Part shown: piece by piece, positions 23,591 to 64,000 of the stretch | Numbering within the stretch: position 1 is the first letter of the stretch | How the letters are laid out: the number at the start of each line of letters is the position of its first letter | Assembly: GCF_009914755.1 (NCBI RefSeq) | Contig: NC_060930.1 | DNA: 64,000 bases | Direction: 5' to 3' (one strand) | Source of the DNA: the human T2T-CHM13v2.0 reference genome, Homo sapiens | Translations under genes and position numbers: made by a program | The notes under the pieces: generated by a model | What the model was told of the DNA's origin: nothing | Database searches by the model: none | Seen by the model: the letters and a program-made list of their open reading frames with translations, nothing else

Positions 23591-24772
23591 TCTCTGGCAC
23601 CCTCTGTGGCTAAAGATGCCAACACAGGCCTGGGCCGTGGACCCCCTTCCCATACACACATCACGCTTCCCACACAGGCTCTTACCCAGCCAATGCACAC
23701 TGCATCTCCCAGTCGAGAGGCACCTTCACTGCCATCTACTCCCACCTTCTTCCTGATGCTTGAAATCTGTCCGTGATCCCAGGTCAGTGATTGCTCGAGG
23801 CTGTGACAGGGACACTCTCAGACAGCAGCCCACTGCTCTTCTGGACTTCCCTATCTCCAAGTCCAGTCACCTACAGGACACCTGCCCTTACATGGCCTAG
23901 AAGTGACTGAACTCATATTCATGCCCCTCATACCAGCTCCTCCCCATTGCCCACCATGACCCTCCCAGTCCTAAAACTCACTGCAAAGGTAGATTAATTT
24001 TTAACTGCTTTCTCTCCTTCACCATCCTTATGTCTGATCTCTTATCAAATTCTTCCCTTTGTTGCTTTTATTTCAAAAGATATTGTTTGTTCATTACTTT
24101 TCTCCTTCACCCTTTCCCCTCCAGCCCCATAGAGTCCACCTTTGGCCCAAATTCTCACAGCATCTGCCACACTGTCCTTTCTTTTTCCTTCCTCCTACAC
24201 ACCCTGCTGGAATAATCTTTCTCAAACATCATTTATTGTGTATGTTATCAACTTCAGACTCCTCAACCAAGCACAGTGAGTACACTAGCTAACCTGTGTA
24301 CTCTCTGTGATGGGACCTGAGTTCATTCATGGCATGTCCAGGCCACGGGGTTTAGTGCAGTGCCTCCTGCACAGCAGTAGGGCAGCAAATGTTCCTCGTG
24401 ACCCATTCATTTGGTGGTGTTCCCTTTCCATCCTTCCTATTCTCTCTCCTGCCTTGGTCTCCCCAGTCCCATCAAGCCTATTGGCTTACTGGTGCTCACT
24501 GGGGCCCTTTTGTTTGAAGTGCCACTATTTTTCATTTCCCCAAAATCTTTGGTGGGGGGCGGGGGGTGGTGGCTGGTGGGGAAGGGAGAGGCTGACATCC
24601 AAGTTAATATCAGGGAGGTTGTGGCAAATACCAACTGCAAAACCTTGGGTGCAGAGTAGAATGAGGGCAGATGCCTGCTAGGAGGGCAGATGCCTGCTCA
24701 GTAAGAGAACAAAACCACAGAGGAGGGCAGAAGGTGGAAAGGAGAGTGGCGTAACTAGTGGCTTCCCTCTGA

Positions 24773-24979
<207 letters not shown>

Positions 24980-25749
24980 TAGTAGAGACAGGGTTTCACC
25001 ATATTGGTCAGGCTGGTCTTGAACTCCTGACCTCAGGTGATCCACCCGCCTCAGCCTCCCAAAGTGCTGGGATTACAGGTGTGAGCCACCGCGCCCTGCC
25101 TAATCTTTTCTATATTTTATTGCTTAGTTATGTCCTGCAGTATTTTAAACCCTTTCTCCCATGGGCTGTAGGCTCCTTAATGGCAGGGACAGTGTCTTTT
25201 ATTTATTTGATACCATTTACTTATTTTGAGAAGTGGGCATGAAATACTTTGGAGGGCACATAAAACTTGGGTCTGGATCCTGGTTCCAACACTTAGCTGT
25301 TTGGCCCTGGGTAAGTCTCTTAACCTCTCTGAGCCAGTTTCTTCGTCTGTAAAAGTCGCTAGTGACACTTGTTTTGCAGAATGAGGGGCAAAAATTACAG
25401 AGAATACAAAGCACCAGGAAAGTGTCTGTTGTACCCAATAGTTTATATTCCTTCCCCGTATGGTTAGAGCCTTTCCTAAATTGGGAGGAAGGTGTTCCTT
25501 AACTACTGCCCATACTGGGACACTTTAAACTTGAAAAGGGGCACTGTTAATAATTACGTCCGTTCCAGGGACGCAGAGCCACCCTACCCTAGTTCACAAC
25601 AACTGGCAGGGTTCGGATAGCACGCAATATCCCAGTGCCTAAGCACAGCCCCAAGCATAACGCTCAATAAATGCCTGTTGAATCAACGAGCGAACAGAAG
25701 CTGACCCTCACTCCGTTTTTTGGACATCATTGAGTGAAGCAAATTGAAA

Positions 25750-26720
25750 AGCCCGCCCCCGCTGCGCCCCCACCCCCACCCCGTCCCAGAGCCACCAGCA
25801 GCCTCAATTCCCCGAGGTCTGCCCTTCTCTAGCCCACCGTCCCGCCCCCAGTTGCCTTGACATCAGTGACGTCGCGAGGGGCGTGGCCTCTCTCCATCGT
25901 CTCCTGGTGCCCTGGGCCCCTCCGCATCCGAACCTGGGGGGAGGATGAGGTTGGTGGCCTTTGACCGTACTCGCCTCCCGCCGGGCCAGCATCTAACTAA
26001 GCCCGCCTGGCCGCCCTTCTCGGGCGCGCAGTTGTCTCGAGTGTGGGTACCCACCTCCACCCCCACCCTCACCCGGGTGAACTAGCGGGGGTTCTAGAGA
26101 GTGCCGGCTCCCAGTGAGCCCTCTCCAACAGCTGCGGGCCACGAGATCCTGAGAACCTGGGCCCAGCGCTCAGCCCAGGCCCGCCCCTTCCCGGGCAGCC
26201 CCGTCGCTCCGCGTCCTAGGGGGCGGGCGGGAAGGATGGGACCCCCGCCTAGGAGGCGCGCAGGCGCCGCCGAGCGCGGGAGAGAAAGAGTTAAACTAGG
26301 TGCCGGCGCCGGGCGCGGCGGGAGTGGGGGAGGGGAGCGAAGAGAAAGTGAGAGCGGGGGCGGAGCGGGGACGGGAGCGAAAGAACATCCTGTGCCCGTC
26401 GCCGGATGCGCGCGGGGGGAGGAGGTAGTCCGGGGAGGGAGAGCAAGACCGGGGGAGGCCCGGGACGGGGAAAGGCGCGGCCTCCTTCCCCCCGCCGCAA
26501 CCTCCTCCTCTGGGGGCGCTGGCCCCCTCTGCTCCCCGCGCCTTAGGCTGAGCTACCCGGAGGCCCCAGGATCTGGTTCCTGGGCAGGAGTAAGCGCTAG
26601 CTGGGGAGATGATCTCGGAGAGTGTGGGATCCACGTTAAGGCAGGGGCGGCCCCCAGCCTTTCATCTCTTGGCTTTCTGCAAGGGAAGCTCGCACGTGTT
26701 GAGCGTCCCCTGTGCACCGA
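25750..26720. promoter_or_regulatory. CpG island / promoter-like enhancer
   Basis: Dense CpG, multiple GC boxes, CRE-like TGACATCA at 25858 and TGACGTCG at 25867, GRE at 26382, and G-rich tracts. Confidence 0.85.
26382..26396. promoter_or_regulatory. Glucocorticoid/androgen response element
   Basis: AGAACAtccTGTGCC fits GnACAnnnTGTnC fully; FKBP5 is an established GR/AR/PR target. Confidence 0.8.
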
Positions 26721-27217
26721 AAGTACACACATTATCTCAGTCCTGACAGCGGCACTTCCAGGCAGTAGACAGGAATTCATAGACTCGCATTCTAGAGGAG
26801 GAAACAGACTCAGATTATGGAATTTGTCCAAACCCCACACTGTTGGGATGTGAATGCAAGCCTGTCGGACTGCAAAGGGCTTTTCACTGGAGTTTAGGGT
26901 AGGGTAATTTCCCCTTAGCTTCTATGCGCACAAGTGCTGGGCCGCTGCAGCGTCACCCTCGGGAATGGCGGTGTCTTTTCGTAGAGGACCCCCAACAGTA
27001 TCTGTCTGGAGCTTCTGTCATTAACTAGGCTTAAACAACCATTGCCAGGATACTGGTAAAGAGAATGAGGAAGGGGCCTTAGGATTCCACAGGTAGTTGG
27101 ATGGTTCTTAGGAACACAGTTTAGGGGAATGTGTTGCAGGGCTCCTGTTCCTCATTTAGGTATTTGTGGGGGCTTCAAAGATGGCTCCAGAGTCACTCAA
27201 AGCAGTTACATGGATTA

Positions 27218-43231
<16,014 letters not shown>

Positions 43232-43236
<5 letters not shown>

Positions 43237-43256
43237 AATTAAGGAGAGCCAATAAA
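43232..43256 (+). terminator. ARMC12: ARMC12 tandem polyadenylation signals
   Basis: AATAAA at 43232-43237 (overlapping the stop codon) and at 43251-43256, followed by GT-rich sequence at ~43296-43310. Confidence 0.75.
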
Positions 43257-43265
43257 TGAGTATAG

Positions 43266-48578
<5,313 letters not shown>

Positions 48579-48676
48579 CCTTGAAGGAAGAGCCTGCTCA
48601 GGGCAGGCACATGATAATGGCAATTGGCTGATGGTAATGAAAGGAATTGGCAGTGGGAAGATCAGATGGGAGTGGT

Positions 48677-49928
48677 GTATTATCTGCTGCCATGTAACAA
48701 ATTATGAGAAAACTTGTGTATCAGCTTGGGTCTGATCAAGAGAGAAACCTCACAGTAATTTAACAGGAAATTTTAATATGATTATTAAAACAGGGGATTG
48801 GAGTAACAAAGAATTGTTTAGTAAGGAGTTATGAGAACCCTATGGAATAATGAATAGCTGACATGAGGAGCAGCCCCTACCTCCCAAGATACAGCACCCA
48901 AGAAAGAGATACCCTCTCCCCACCCAGGGCTGAGATCCAGACCTTGTTGAGTAGAGCACAGCCCACAGCTCACTAGGTGGCAGAAAAGTCACTGTACTGT
49001 CATGCCAGTGGAACTTGCCAGAAATATGCCCTCTAGGATGCCAGGGAAAGCTCTTTCCCAAGGAGGTGTGGAACCAGAGACTTTCGACTACAGAACTAAC
49101 TGAGTGGGGTGTGCAGGGGAAGCTGCTTCCCACTGGGTGCTGCTGGCCTTCATGTGCTGTGGGAGGCGGCACTGGAGTACCTGTGGGTGCTGCAGGAGCC
49201 TGATGCGGCAGAAGCCACATGCACGCAGGTGGTATGTGAGGCAGAAGTTGGAGGTATTCTGCTTACACTACAGCCCAAGGTGGACAGTGCCAGGAGAAGC
49301 TGCTAGCCACTGGGTGTTGCTGGTTACTCTGGGAACTGGGCACTGAAAGCTGTTTGCAGAGCAGGAGCCTGTCAATCAAGCACACTAGAACCAGGAAGCA
49401 AAAACCTCTTCCTCCCAAAATGTCTCTCCAGCTCCCTTCCTCTTAGTCATTTAAATATCAATAAACATATGTTACTTCTCACAGGAATTTGAGAGCATCT
49501 TGACTGGGTGGTTCTGGCTCAGTCAAGCTGTGGTTACAGTCACGCTTTTGCCAAGGACTGTTGTTATTTGAAGGCTTGACTGGGGCTGGAGGATCCCCTT
49601 CCAAGACAGCGCACTTATGGGACTGACAAGTTGGTGCCAGCTGTTGGCAGGAGGCCTCAGTCTTTCTACACGTGGGCATCTCCACAGGGGTGTTTGAGAG
49701 TCTTCATGACATAGCAGCTGGCTTCCCTTATAGTAAATCGTCCAGGAGAGAACAGAGCAGACGCTGCAATGCCTTTTCTGACCTCACCTCAGAAGTCATA
49801 CACTGTCACTTCTGCCACATTCTATTCATTAGAAGTCAGTCTAGCCCCCATTCAAAGGAAGGCAGTTAGGCTCTACCTATTAAAGGGAAGAATATCAAGG
49901 AATGTGTGAGCATTTAAAAACCACTACA
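48677..49928. mobile_element. MLT1 LTR interrupted by an ERVL LTR41-like element (~48717-49440)
   Basis: MLT1-type ends (tgtaacaaatta..., ttaaaaaccactaca); the inner element starts tgtatcagcttgggtctgatcaagagagaaacc. Family names are tentative. Confidence 0.55.
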
Positions 49929-51417
49929 GGGACACTGTCAACAAAGACTAATTGGACACCTACTGTGTGCTCAGCAGCTAGATGCATCTGTATCCCCACA
50001 GAGACAATCCCTGCCAAGAAGAAGAGAAATTTTATAACCAGTAGTTGACACTCCATCCTTTCCCTCTGTCTTTTTTTCCAGCTGTTTAGCTTGTTTTCTC
50101 AACTACAGGCCTCTTTGACCCTCAGGCAATTCTATTTACAAAGAAACATCTCTTCTCATCTTCTCATTTAATTCTAAGGTTTCAGAGAAGAGGAGTGGCT
50201 TGAATTGGATCTCCAGAGAGGAGAGAGAAGAGCTCTCCAGGTTGGGATAGTTGGACTTTACAGGAAGGGAAACCAATCAGAGTTTCCCTCTGATGGGATT
50301 GTGATGGGGTAGGGTGCTGGTAGATGATTTTGGCCAGGCAGATGGCCAGTTACTTCTCTAACTGATTACCTGAAGGAGATGTATGAGAGACAGACACAAA
50401 GGGAACTCCAGCCCCACTGCATGGCTTCCAGTAGGACCTCAACACAGGGTTCTCAAGCAAAACTTGGCTGGAGTCCCCAGGTGTGTCTTAAAACTTAAAG
50501 CAGGGGCCGGGTACCTGTAATCCCAGTGCTTTGGGAGGACAGGCAGGGGGATCACTTGAGGCCAGGAGTTCCAGACCAACCTGGGCAACATAGCAAGACC
50601 CCCATTTCTTTTCTTTTCTTTTTTTTTTTGAGAAGGAGTTTCACTCTTGTTGCCCAGCCTGGAGTGCAACAGCGCGATCTGGGCTCACCGCAACCTCCGC
50701 CTCTCGTGTTCAAGCAATTCTCTTGTGTCTCAGCCTCCTGAGTAGCTGGGATTACAAGCGCCCACCACTACGCCTGGCTAATTTTTGGTATTTTTAGTAG
50801 AGACGGGGGTTTCACCATGTTGGCCAGGCTGGTCTCGAACCCCTGACCTGACCTCAGGTGATCCACCTGCCTTGGCCTCCCAAAGTGTTGGGATTACAGG
50901 CGTGAGCCACCATGCAAGACCCCCATTTCTTTTTTTGTTTTTTGTTTTTTGTTTTGAGACGGAGTCTCACTCTGTCACCCAGGCTGGAGTGGCACGATCT
51001 CGGCTCACTGCAAGCTCTGCCTCCCTGATTTCACGCCATTCTCCTGCCTCAGCCTCCGAGTAGCTGGCACTACAGGCGCCCGCCACAATGCCCAGCTAAT
51101 TTTTTGTATTTTTAGTAGAGACGGGGTTTCACTGTATTAGCCAGGATGGTCTCGATCTCCTGACCTTGTGATCCGCCCACCTTGGGCTCCCAAAGTGCTG
51201 GGATTACAGGCATGAGCCACCACGCCCGGCCGAGATTGGTTTCATTTTTATGAAACAGGAATTTTTTTTATCATCATCAAATACAACCTTTATACATCTC
51301 TGATAATAATAAATGGCAAATGTGGTAGGCAGCCTTCTAAAACTATCCCAGTGACCCCCACTTCTTAAATATGTCCTGTTTAATTTGCTGCCCTTGAATC
51401 TGAGCTGGACCTAGTAA

Positions 51418-51773
<356 letters not shown>

Positions 51774-52147
51774 TGAAATTAAATTACAAAAGACTGTGAT
51801 TCCTCTTGTTCCCATTCTCTCTTGCCCTTTCACATGCTCATGCTGATAAAGGCAGCTGCCAAGTTGTGAGCTTCCTTGTAGACAGGCCTACATGGTAAGG
51901 AACCCGGGAAAGACCCAGGCCAACAGACTCTGCAGAGCCAAAGTTGTCAATCCAACAGCTTGTAAGGACCCAAAACCTGCCAACAACCTCTCGAATAAGC
52001 CTGGAAGCAAATGCACCCCCAAGTGGAAACTGAAGATGACTGCAACCGCAGCCAGTGTGAGAAACTCAGAGCCAGACTACATGGCTAAGCTGTGATAGAT
52101 TCCTGACACACAGAAACCATGAGATAAAAAATAATGAGTTAAGCCAC

Positions 52148-52515
52148 TGATATGGTTTGGCTGTGTGTCCCCACCCAAACCTCCTGTCGAACTGTAATTC
52201 CCAATGTTGGGGGAGGGACCTGGTGGGAGGTGATTGGATCATGGGGGCAGATCCCCGCTTGCTGTTCTCATGAAAGTGACTGAGTTCTCAATGAGATCCG
52301 ATGGTTTAAAAGTGTGCGACACTTCCCCCTCTGCTCTCTCTGCCATGGTAAGATGCGCCTGCTTCCCCTTTGCCTTCCGCCATGATTGTAAGTTTCCTGA
52401 TGCCTCAGCCACGCTTCCTGTACAGGCTGTGGAAGTGTGAATCAACAAACCTCTTTTCTTCATAAATTACCATCTCAGGTAGTTCTTTATAGCAGTGTGA
52501 GAACAGACTAATACA
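52148..52515 (+). mobile_element. THE1D/MSTA MaLR solo LTR inside an older MLT1 (~51321-52563)
   Basis: tgatatggtttggctg...gaacagactaataca with a perfect 5-bp TSD GCCAC. Confidence 0.9.
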
Positions 52516-54257
52516 GCCACTAAACTTTGGGGGAATTCGTTTATGCAAGAAGGTAATCAATACAACAGGTGATTGTTCCAAGGGTCCAGGCACTGGGTCA
52601 GTTCTCTTCTTCCACTCAAGGATGGGAAGAAGAATACTCAATGCTACATTCCAGTGTGAGCCTTTAATGACTGTGACTCCTCCCCACAAGTAACTATGGC
52701 CATCTGTGTGTCCTGGAACATGACATGGATTCCTTTGAGAGAAGCAGGAAGGGCATGGAGGGAGCTTCCCCCTCTACAACACCTGCTCCCCCTGAGCCCA
52801 AGAATAAACCAAAACCCCAGCCTGGGAGGCCCCCTTTCCTCTCCAATGTCTTCCTTTCCTCAAAATCCCCTTATTGCCCCCGAGTTGCTCAGTCATTGCC
52901 ACCTTAGAATGTTCTTTCCCATGAGCTGGGCCAAGGAGTCCTACAGTCAAAACTAAGTGATGGCCAGGGACAGTGGCTCATGCCTGTAATCCCAGCACTT
53001 TGGGAGGCTGAGGTGGGCAGATTGCTTGAGCTCAGGAGTTTGAGAATAGCCTGGAAACATGGCAAAACCCCACCTCTACCAAAAAAAAAAAAAAAAAGAA
53101 AAAAGAGAGAAAAATTAGCCAGGCATGATGGCACACGCCTGTAATCCCAGCTACTAGGGAGGCTGAGGTAGGAGGATGGGTTGAGCCAGGAGGTCGAGGC
53201 TGCGGTGAGCCATGATTGTGCCACTGCACTCTAGCTGGGGAGACAGAGTGAGATTCTGTCACAAACAAACAAACAAACAAACAAAGTGATGCCTACTTTG
53301 GCCGGGCGTTGTGGCTCACGTCTGTAATCCCAGCACTTTGGGAGGCCGAGGCGGGCAGATAACTTGAGGTCAGGAGTTCAAGACCAGCCCGGCCAACATG
53401 GGGAAACCCCATCTCTACTAAAAATACAAAAATTAGCCAGGCATGATGGCGCGCATCTGTAGTCCCAGCTACTTGGGGGGCTGAGGCAGGAGAATCACTT
53501 GAGCCCAGAGGTTGCAGTGAGCTGAGATCGTTCCACTGCACTCCAGCCTGGGTGACAGAGTGAAACTGTGTCTCAAAAAAAAGCCCAAAAATAAACAACA
53601 AAAAAAAGTTTATGTATTTTTTGAGATGCAGTGAGAAGAGGAAATGAAGACAGAGAGAAAGAGAGCTGAGTTCCTGAAGTGGGATTAAATCTCCTGATGT
53701 TTCCTTGTTTCTACAGAGAGCACCAGAAGGTCCAGACTATCAGGACAAGCATGAGAATCACAGCTGCTTCTAAGGGAGTGAGCTGATTCCTAAAATTTGA
53801 CCCATGGGTGGAATCTGGGGGAAGATTCCCCAAGGCCGAAGATACTCCAGGCCACATCACTGGAAAGTGGGGAGGAGGCACTGTGTAATGTATCCTGTCT
53901 GCTAACACTGGAAACCATCAAAGCTAACTGCTGAGCATCAGTGACATCCTCTCAGGACACGGTTGGCAAATTTTTGTTGTTTGTAAGAGCTGGAAATGTG
54001 GGCCACTGTGTCTGGTACAGCCCTGTCAGTAGGGGTGAGGCAGGATGACAAAGGGAATCTAACTCTTACTGTGGAATCTCTCCATTCGCATATCACCCTG
54101 GATACTTGTATTCTGGGGGATGTTGGAGTCAAATATGAGTCTAGGAGACAAAGAGGCCATGGAATAGAGATTTTGTAGTTAAGGAGCATAGAGACAGGAC
54201 TCTTAGGCATAGGTGGGAGTGTAACTTGTGGAATTAGAAGACACGCTCCATGCTACC

Positions 54258-54301
54258 TGTATTAGTTCATTTTCACATTGTTATAAAGAACTACCTGAGA
54301 C

Positions 54302-54344
<43 letters not shown>

Positions 54345-54939
54345 TTTGACAGAGTCTTGCTCTGTTGCCAGGCTGGAGTGCAGTGACACGATCTTGGCTC
54401 ACTGCAACTTCCACCTCCTGGGTACGCTCCTCAGCCTCCCGAGTAGCTGGGACCACAGGCGCCCGCCACCATGTCTGGCTAATTTTTTTGCATTTTAGTA
54501 GAGACGGGGTTTCACCATGTTGGCCAGGATGGTCTTGATCTCCTGACCTCATGATCCACCCGTCTCGACCTCCCAAAGTGCTGGGATTACAGGCGTGAGC
54601 CACCACGCCCAGCCGAGACTGAGTAATTTATAAAGAAAAGAGGTTTAATTGACTCACAGTTCTGCATGGCTGGGGAGGCCTTGGGAAACTTAGAATCATA
54701 ACGGAAGGTAAAAGAGAAGTGAGCACCTCCTTCACAAGGCGGCAGGAGAGAGAGAGCGAGGGGGATGTGCTACACTTTTAAACCATCGGATCTCGTGAGA
54801 ACTCACTCAATAGCACCAGAACAGCATGGGGGAACCTGTCCCCATGATCCAATCACCTCCTACCAGGTCCCTCTTTTGACACGTGGGGATTACAATTTGA
54901 GATGAGATTTGAGGGGGGACACAGAGCCATACCATATCA
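54258..54939 (-). mobile_element. THE1C/D solo LTR interrupted by an Alu (54302-54614, (ATTT)n tail)
   Basis: tgtattag...accatatca termini with a perfect 5-bp TSD CTACC. Confidence 0.9.
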
Positions 54940-55820
54940 CTACCCAAAGCAATCTACAGATTCCATGCAATTATCAAAATACCACTGACACTCTTCACAG
55001 AAATAGAAAAACCCTAACATTTGCATAGAATCACAAAAGACCCCGAATAACCAAAGTGTCCTGAGCAAAAAGAACAAAATTGAAGGTATCACATTACCAG
55101 ACTTCAAAATATACTACAAAGCCATAGTAACAGCATAGTACTGGCATAAAAACAGACATGTAAACCAATGGAACCAAATAGAGACACCAGAAATTAATTC
55201 ATGTATCTACAGCCAACTGTTTTGTTTTTGAGACAGGGTCTCACTCTGTCACCTAGGCTGGAGTGCAGTGGTGCAATTATGGCTCACTGCAGCCTCAAAC
55301 TCCTGGGATCAAGCGATCCTCCTGCCTTAGTCCCAAGTAGTAGGATCTACAGGTGTGACCACCATGCTTGGCTAATTTTTTTTTTTTTAATGGAGGTAGG
55401 GTCTCACTACGTTGCCCAGCTGGTCTCAAGCTCCTGAGCTCAAGCGATCCTCTTGCCTTAGCCTCCCAAACTGCTGGGATTATAGGTGTGAGCCACTGCA
55501 CCTGGCCAGCCAATTGGTTTTTGATAAAGGTGCCAAGAACACTCATTGAGGAAAGGACCATCTCTTCAATAGATGGTGCTGAGAAAACTGGATATTCAAA
55601 TGTAGAAGAATGAAACCCCCACCTTTCATCCTATATAAAAATCAACTTAGGTCAGGCACGATGGCTCATGCCTGTAATCCCAGCACTTTGGGAGGCCGAG
55701 GCGGACGGAGCACCTGAGGTTGGGAGTTTGAGACCAGCCTGACCAACATGCAGAAACCCTGTCTCTACTAAAAATATGAAATTAGCCAGGTATGGTGGCA
55801 CATGCCTGTAATCCCAGCTA

Positions 55821-56030
<210 letters not shown>

Positions 56031-56114
56031 TCAGGACATTGGTCTGGGAAAATATTTTATGAATAAGACCTCAAAAGAACAGGAAACAGAAGGGAAAATA
56101 AACAAGTGGGATTA

Positions 56115-56472
<358 letters not shown>

Positions 56473-56522
56473 CTACAGAATGGGAGAAAATATTTGCAAA
56501 GTACTCATTTAACAGGGGATTA

Positions 56523-57011
<489 letters not shown>

Positions 57012-57067
57012 TCACGAGGTCAGGAAATCAAAACCATCCTGGTTAACACGGTGAAACCCCGTCTCTA

Positions 57068-57627
<560 letters not shown>

Positions 57628-57933
57628 TAGACAGAGTGAGACTTTTGTCTCAAAAAACACACACACACACAAAAAAACAAAACAAAACAAAAAAACGGCT
57701 AATGACCTAAACAGACATTTCTCAAAAGAAGACATACAAATGGCCAAGAATTATATGAAGAAAATGCTCACCATCACTAATCATCAGGGAATTGCACATT
57801 TTGATAATAGGATGCCTATTATCAAAAAGGCAAAAAATAAATGCTGACAGGGATGTGGAGGAAAAGGAACTCATACACACTATTGGTGGGAATGTACACT
57901 AGTACAGCCACTATGGAGAACAGTATGTAGGTA

Positions 57934-58384
57934 TGTGAACCTCAAATATCTGAGACAGCTCTCAGTTTATTTAGAAAGTTTATTTTGCTAATGTTGAGGA
58001 TGTGCACCTGTGACACAGCCTCAGGAGGTCCTGATCACATGTGCCCAAGGTGGTCAGAGCACAGCTCGGTTTTACACATTTTAGGGAGATAAGAGACATC
58101 AATCAACATATGTAAGATGAACATTGGTTCTGTCTGGAAAGGTGAGACAACTCGAAGTGGGGAGGGAGCTTCCAGCTCATAGGTAGACAAGACACAAATG
58201 ATTGCAATTCTTTTGAGTTTCTGATTAGCCTCTCCAAAGGAGGCAATCACATATGCATTTATCTCAGTGAGCAGAGGGATGACTTTGAATAGAATGGGAG
58301 GCAGCTTTATTCTACGCAGTTCCCAGCGTGACTTTTCCCTTTAGCTTAGTGATTTTGGGGCAGCAAATTTATTTTCCTTTCACA
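57934..58384 (-). mobile_element. MER4A-like ERV1 solo LTR
   Basis: tgtgaacc...tttcaca termini with a perfect 4-bp TSD GGTA. Confidence 0.85.
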
Positions 58385-58705
58385 GGTACCACAGAAAACT
58401 ACAAGCAGAACTACCATATGATCCAGCAGTTTCACTGCTGAGCATTTATCCAAAGGAAAGGAAATCAGTATGGAAGAGACGTCTTCACTCTCATGTTTAT
58501 TGCAGCACTATTCACAATAGCCAAGATAGTGAATCGACCTACATGTCCAACAGCAGATGAATGGGTAGAGAAAATGTGGTATAGGGCCAGGCACAGTGGT
58601 TCATACCTGTAATCCCAGCTCTTTGGGAGGCAGAAGCAGGAAGATCCCTTGAAGCTAAGAGTTTGAGACCAGACTAGGCGTGGTGGCTCATGCCTGCAAT
58701 CCTAG

Positions 58706-59838
<1,133 letters not shown>

Positions 59839-59871
59839 CCAGCACTTTGCGAGGCCGAGGTAGGCGGATCA

Positions 59872-60174
<303 letters not shown>

Positions 60175-60189
60175 TTAAAAAAATAAGAA

Positions 60190-62448
<2,259 letters not shown>

Positions 62449-62508
62449 GCCAGGTGTGGTGGCGTGCACTTATAGTCCTAGCCTTGGGAGGCTGAGGAAG
62501 GAGGATCA

Positions 62509-62658
<150 letters not shown>

Positions 62659-63125
62659 CTAACTTCACCCTCTCCCGGTAACCTGCGCCACCTCCAGGCA
62701 CTTTTCCCTATAGTGGCTGCTGTAGCATGGCTTGTTCAGCTTTTCTTTCATCTCCTTCTGGTGTCCCTTCCTGCACTGCAGGGCAGGAAAGCTAAACACT
62801 AGAGTGGTAGACCTAGGTGTGATTGCTGATCACATGCACTGCCTAAAGCCTAATCTTCATGGAGGTAAGGGAGGGCAGTGGCATTTTTGGGAGGCATACT
62901 TTTTTTGTTTTGTTTTGGCTAGGGAAGACACAGGCAATACTTTTTTTTTTTTTTTTTAGAGACAGGGGTGTTGCCCAGGCTGGAGTATAGTGCTATGATC
63001 ATAGCTCACTGTAACCCCAAACTCCTAGGTTTAAGTGATCCTCCCACCTCAGCCTCCTGAGTAGCTGGGACTATAAGGTGCACACCACCACACCCAGCTA
63101 ATTTTTTTTTTTTTTTTTTTTGTAG

Positions 63126-63242
<117 letters not shown>

Positions 63243-63316
63243 TAGGCAATAGTTTTGCTGGAGTGCAGTGATGCAATCATAGCTCACTACAGCCTCAATC
63301 TCCCAGACTCAAATGA

Positions 63317-63583
<267 letters not shown>

Positions 63584-64000
63584 TGATGACTACCTACCTC
63601 CTCACCTGCCTGAATGGCGGCAGGGGTAGTAGCTCCCCTGGTAGCACAGTTCTGCAGGGTTGTTTTGTTTTGTTTTTTAAGTCATTCCTGGAGGCTCAGT
63701 CTGGTTTCCACTCTTGCAGTCATTTCAATGTCTTCGTCAGCCCTCAATTATCTGTATTACATTCCTTTCTGCTTAAAATAAGTAGGATGGTATCTGTTAT
63801 CTGCAACTGAGCTCTGATAAGGTACCTGACATACGATAGGTATCACTAAACGTTTGTTGAATACATGAATGAATGATGAATGAATAGGTAAATGGAATGG
63901 AGACCACCAAGATGTATACAGTGAGTTGGACAGACGAACCTAGTGGACTCAACAGAATGGTAGAGCAATTGATGGATCATAAGTGGACAATGAAACCAAT

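Noticed and set aside
22106-24697. Short direct repeats (ggactgagcgctggaga x2 at ~22107-22150; gagggcagatgcctgct x2 at ~24663-24697)
   Set aside because: Two-copy slippage duplications with no spacers or array structure; not CRISPR-like, and the DNA is eukaryotic.
26101-26853. 250-aa ORF, plus other long GC-rich ORFs at 22300-22920 and 21971-22483
   Set aside because: Non-ATG or weak starts and low-complexity Gly/Arg/Pro/Ala composition; expected from stop-codon depletion in CpG islands; no recognisable family.

Overview
Alu-dense primate genomic DNA that I recognise as human chr6p21.31, the FKBP5 upstream / ARMC12 region (a very close ape cannot be excluded from sequence alone). It contains the complete 6-exon CDS of ARMC12 (+, 31473-43236, 340 aa; in-frame alternative splice sites give 367 and 330 aa). 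It also holds two non-coding 5' exons of the distal-promoter FKBP5 isoform (-, ~22872-22947 and 14696-14916) and two CpG islands carrying glucocorticoid/androgen response elements and CTCF motifs. A probable minus-strand lncRNA diverges from ARMC12, and a decayed CMPK1 processed pseudogene (~60190-62448) sits in a multi-level transposon nest. The rest is Alu, L1, L2, MaLR and ERV1 repeats, and almost all ORFs in the supplied track are Alu or chance ORFs. Two observations stand out. First, a ~0.36-0.39 kb segment at 1613-2007 has an inverted copy 55 kb away at 57265-57627, with junctions that look like an Alu-end-primed template switch. Second, a spliced 63-codon uORF spans the two FKBP5 distal 5'UTR exons. 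Gene names and repeat family names come from recall and were not database-checked.
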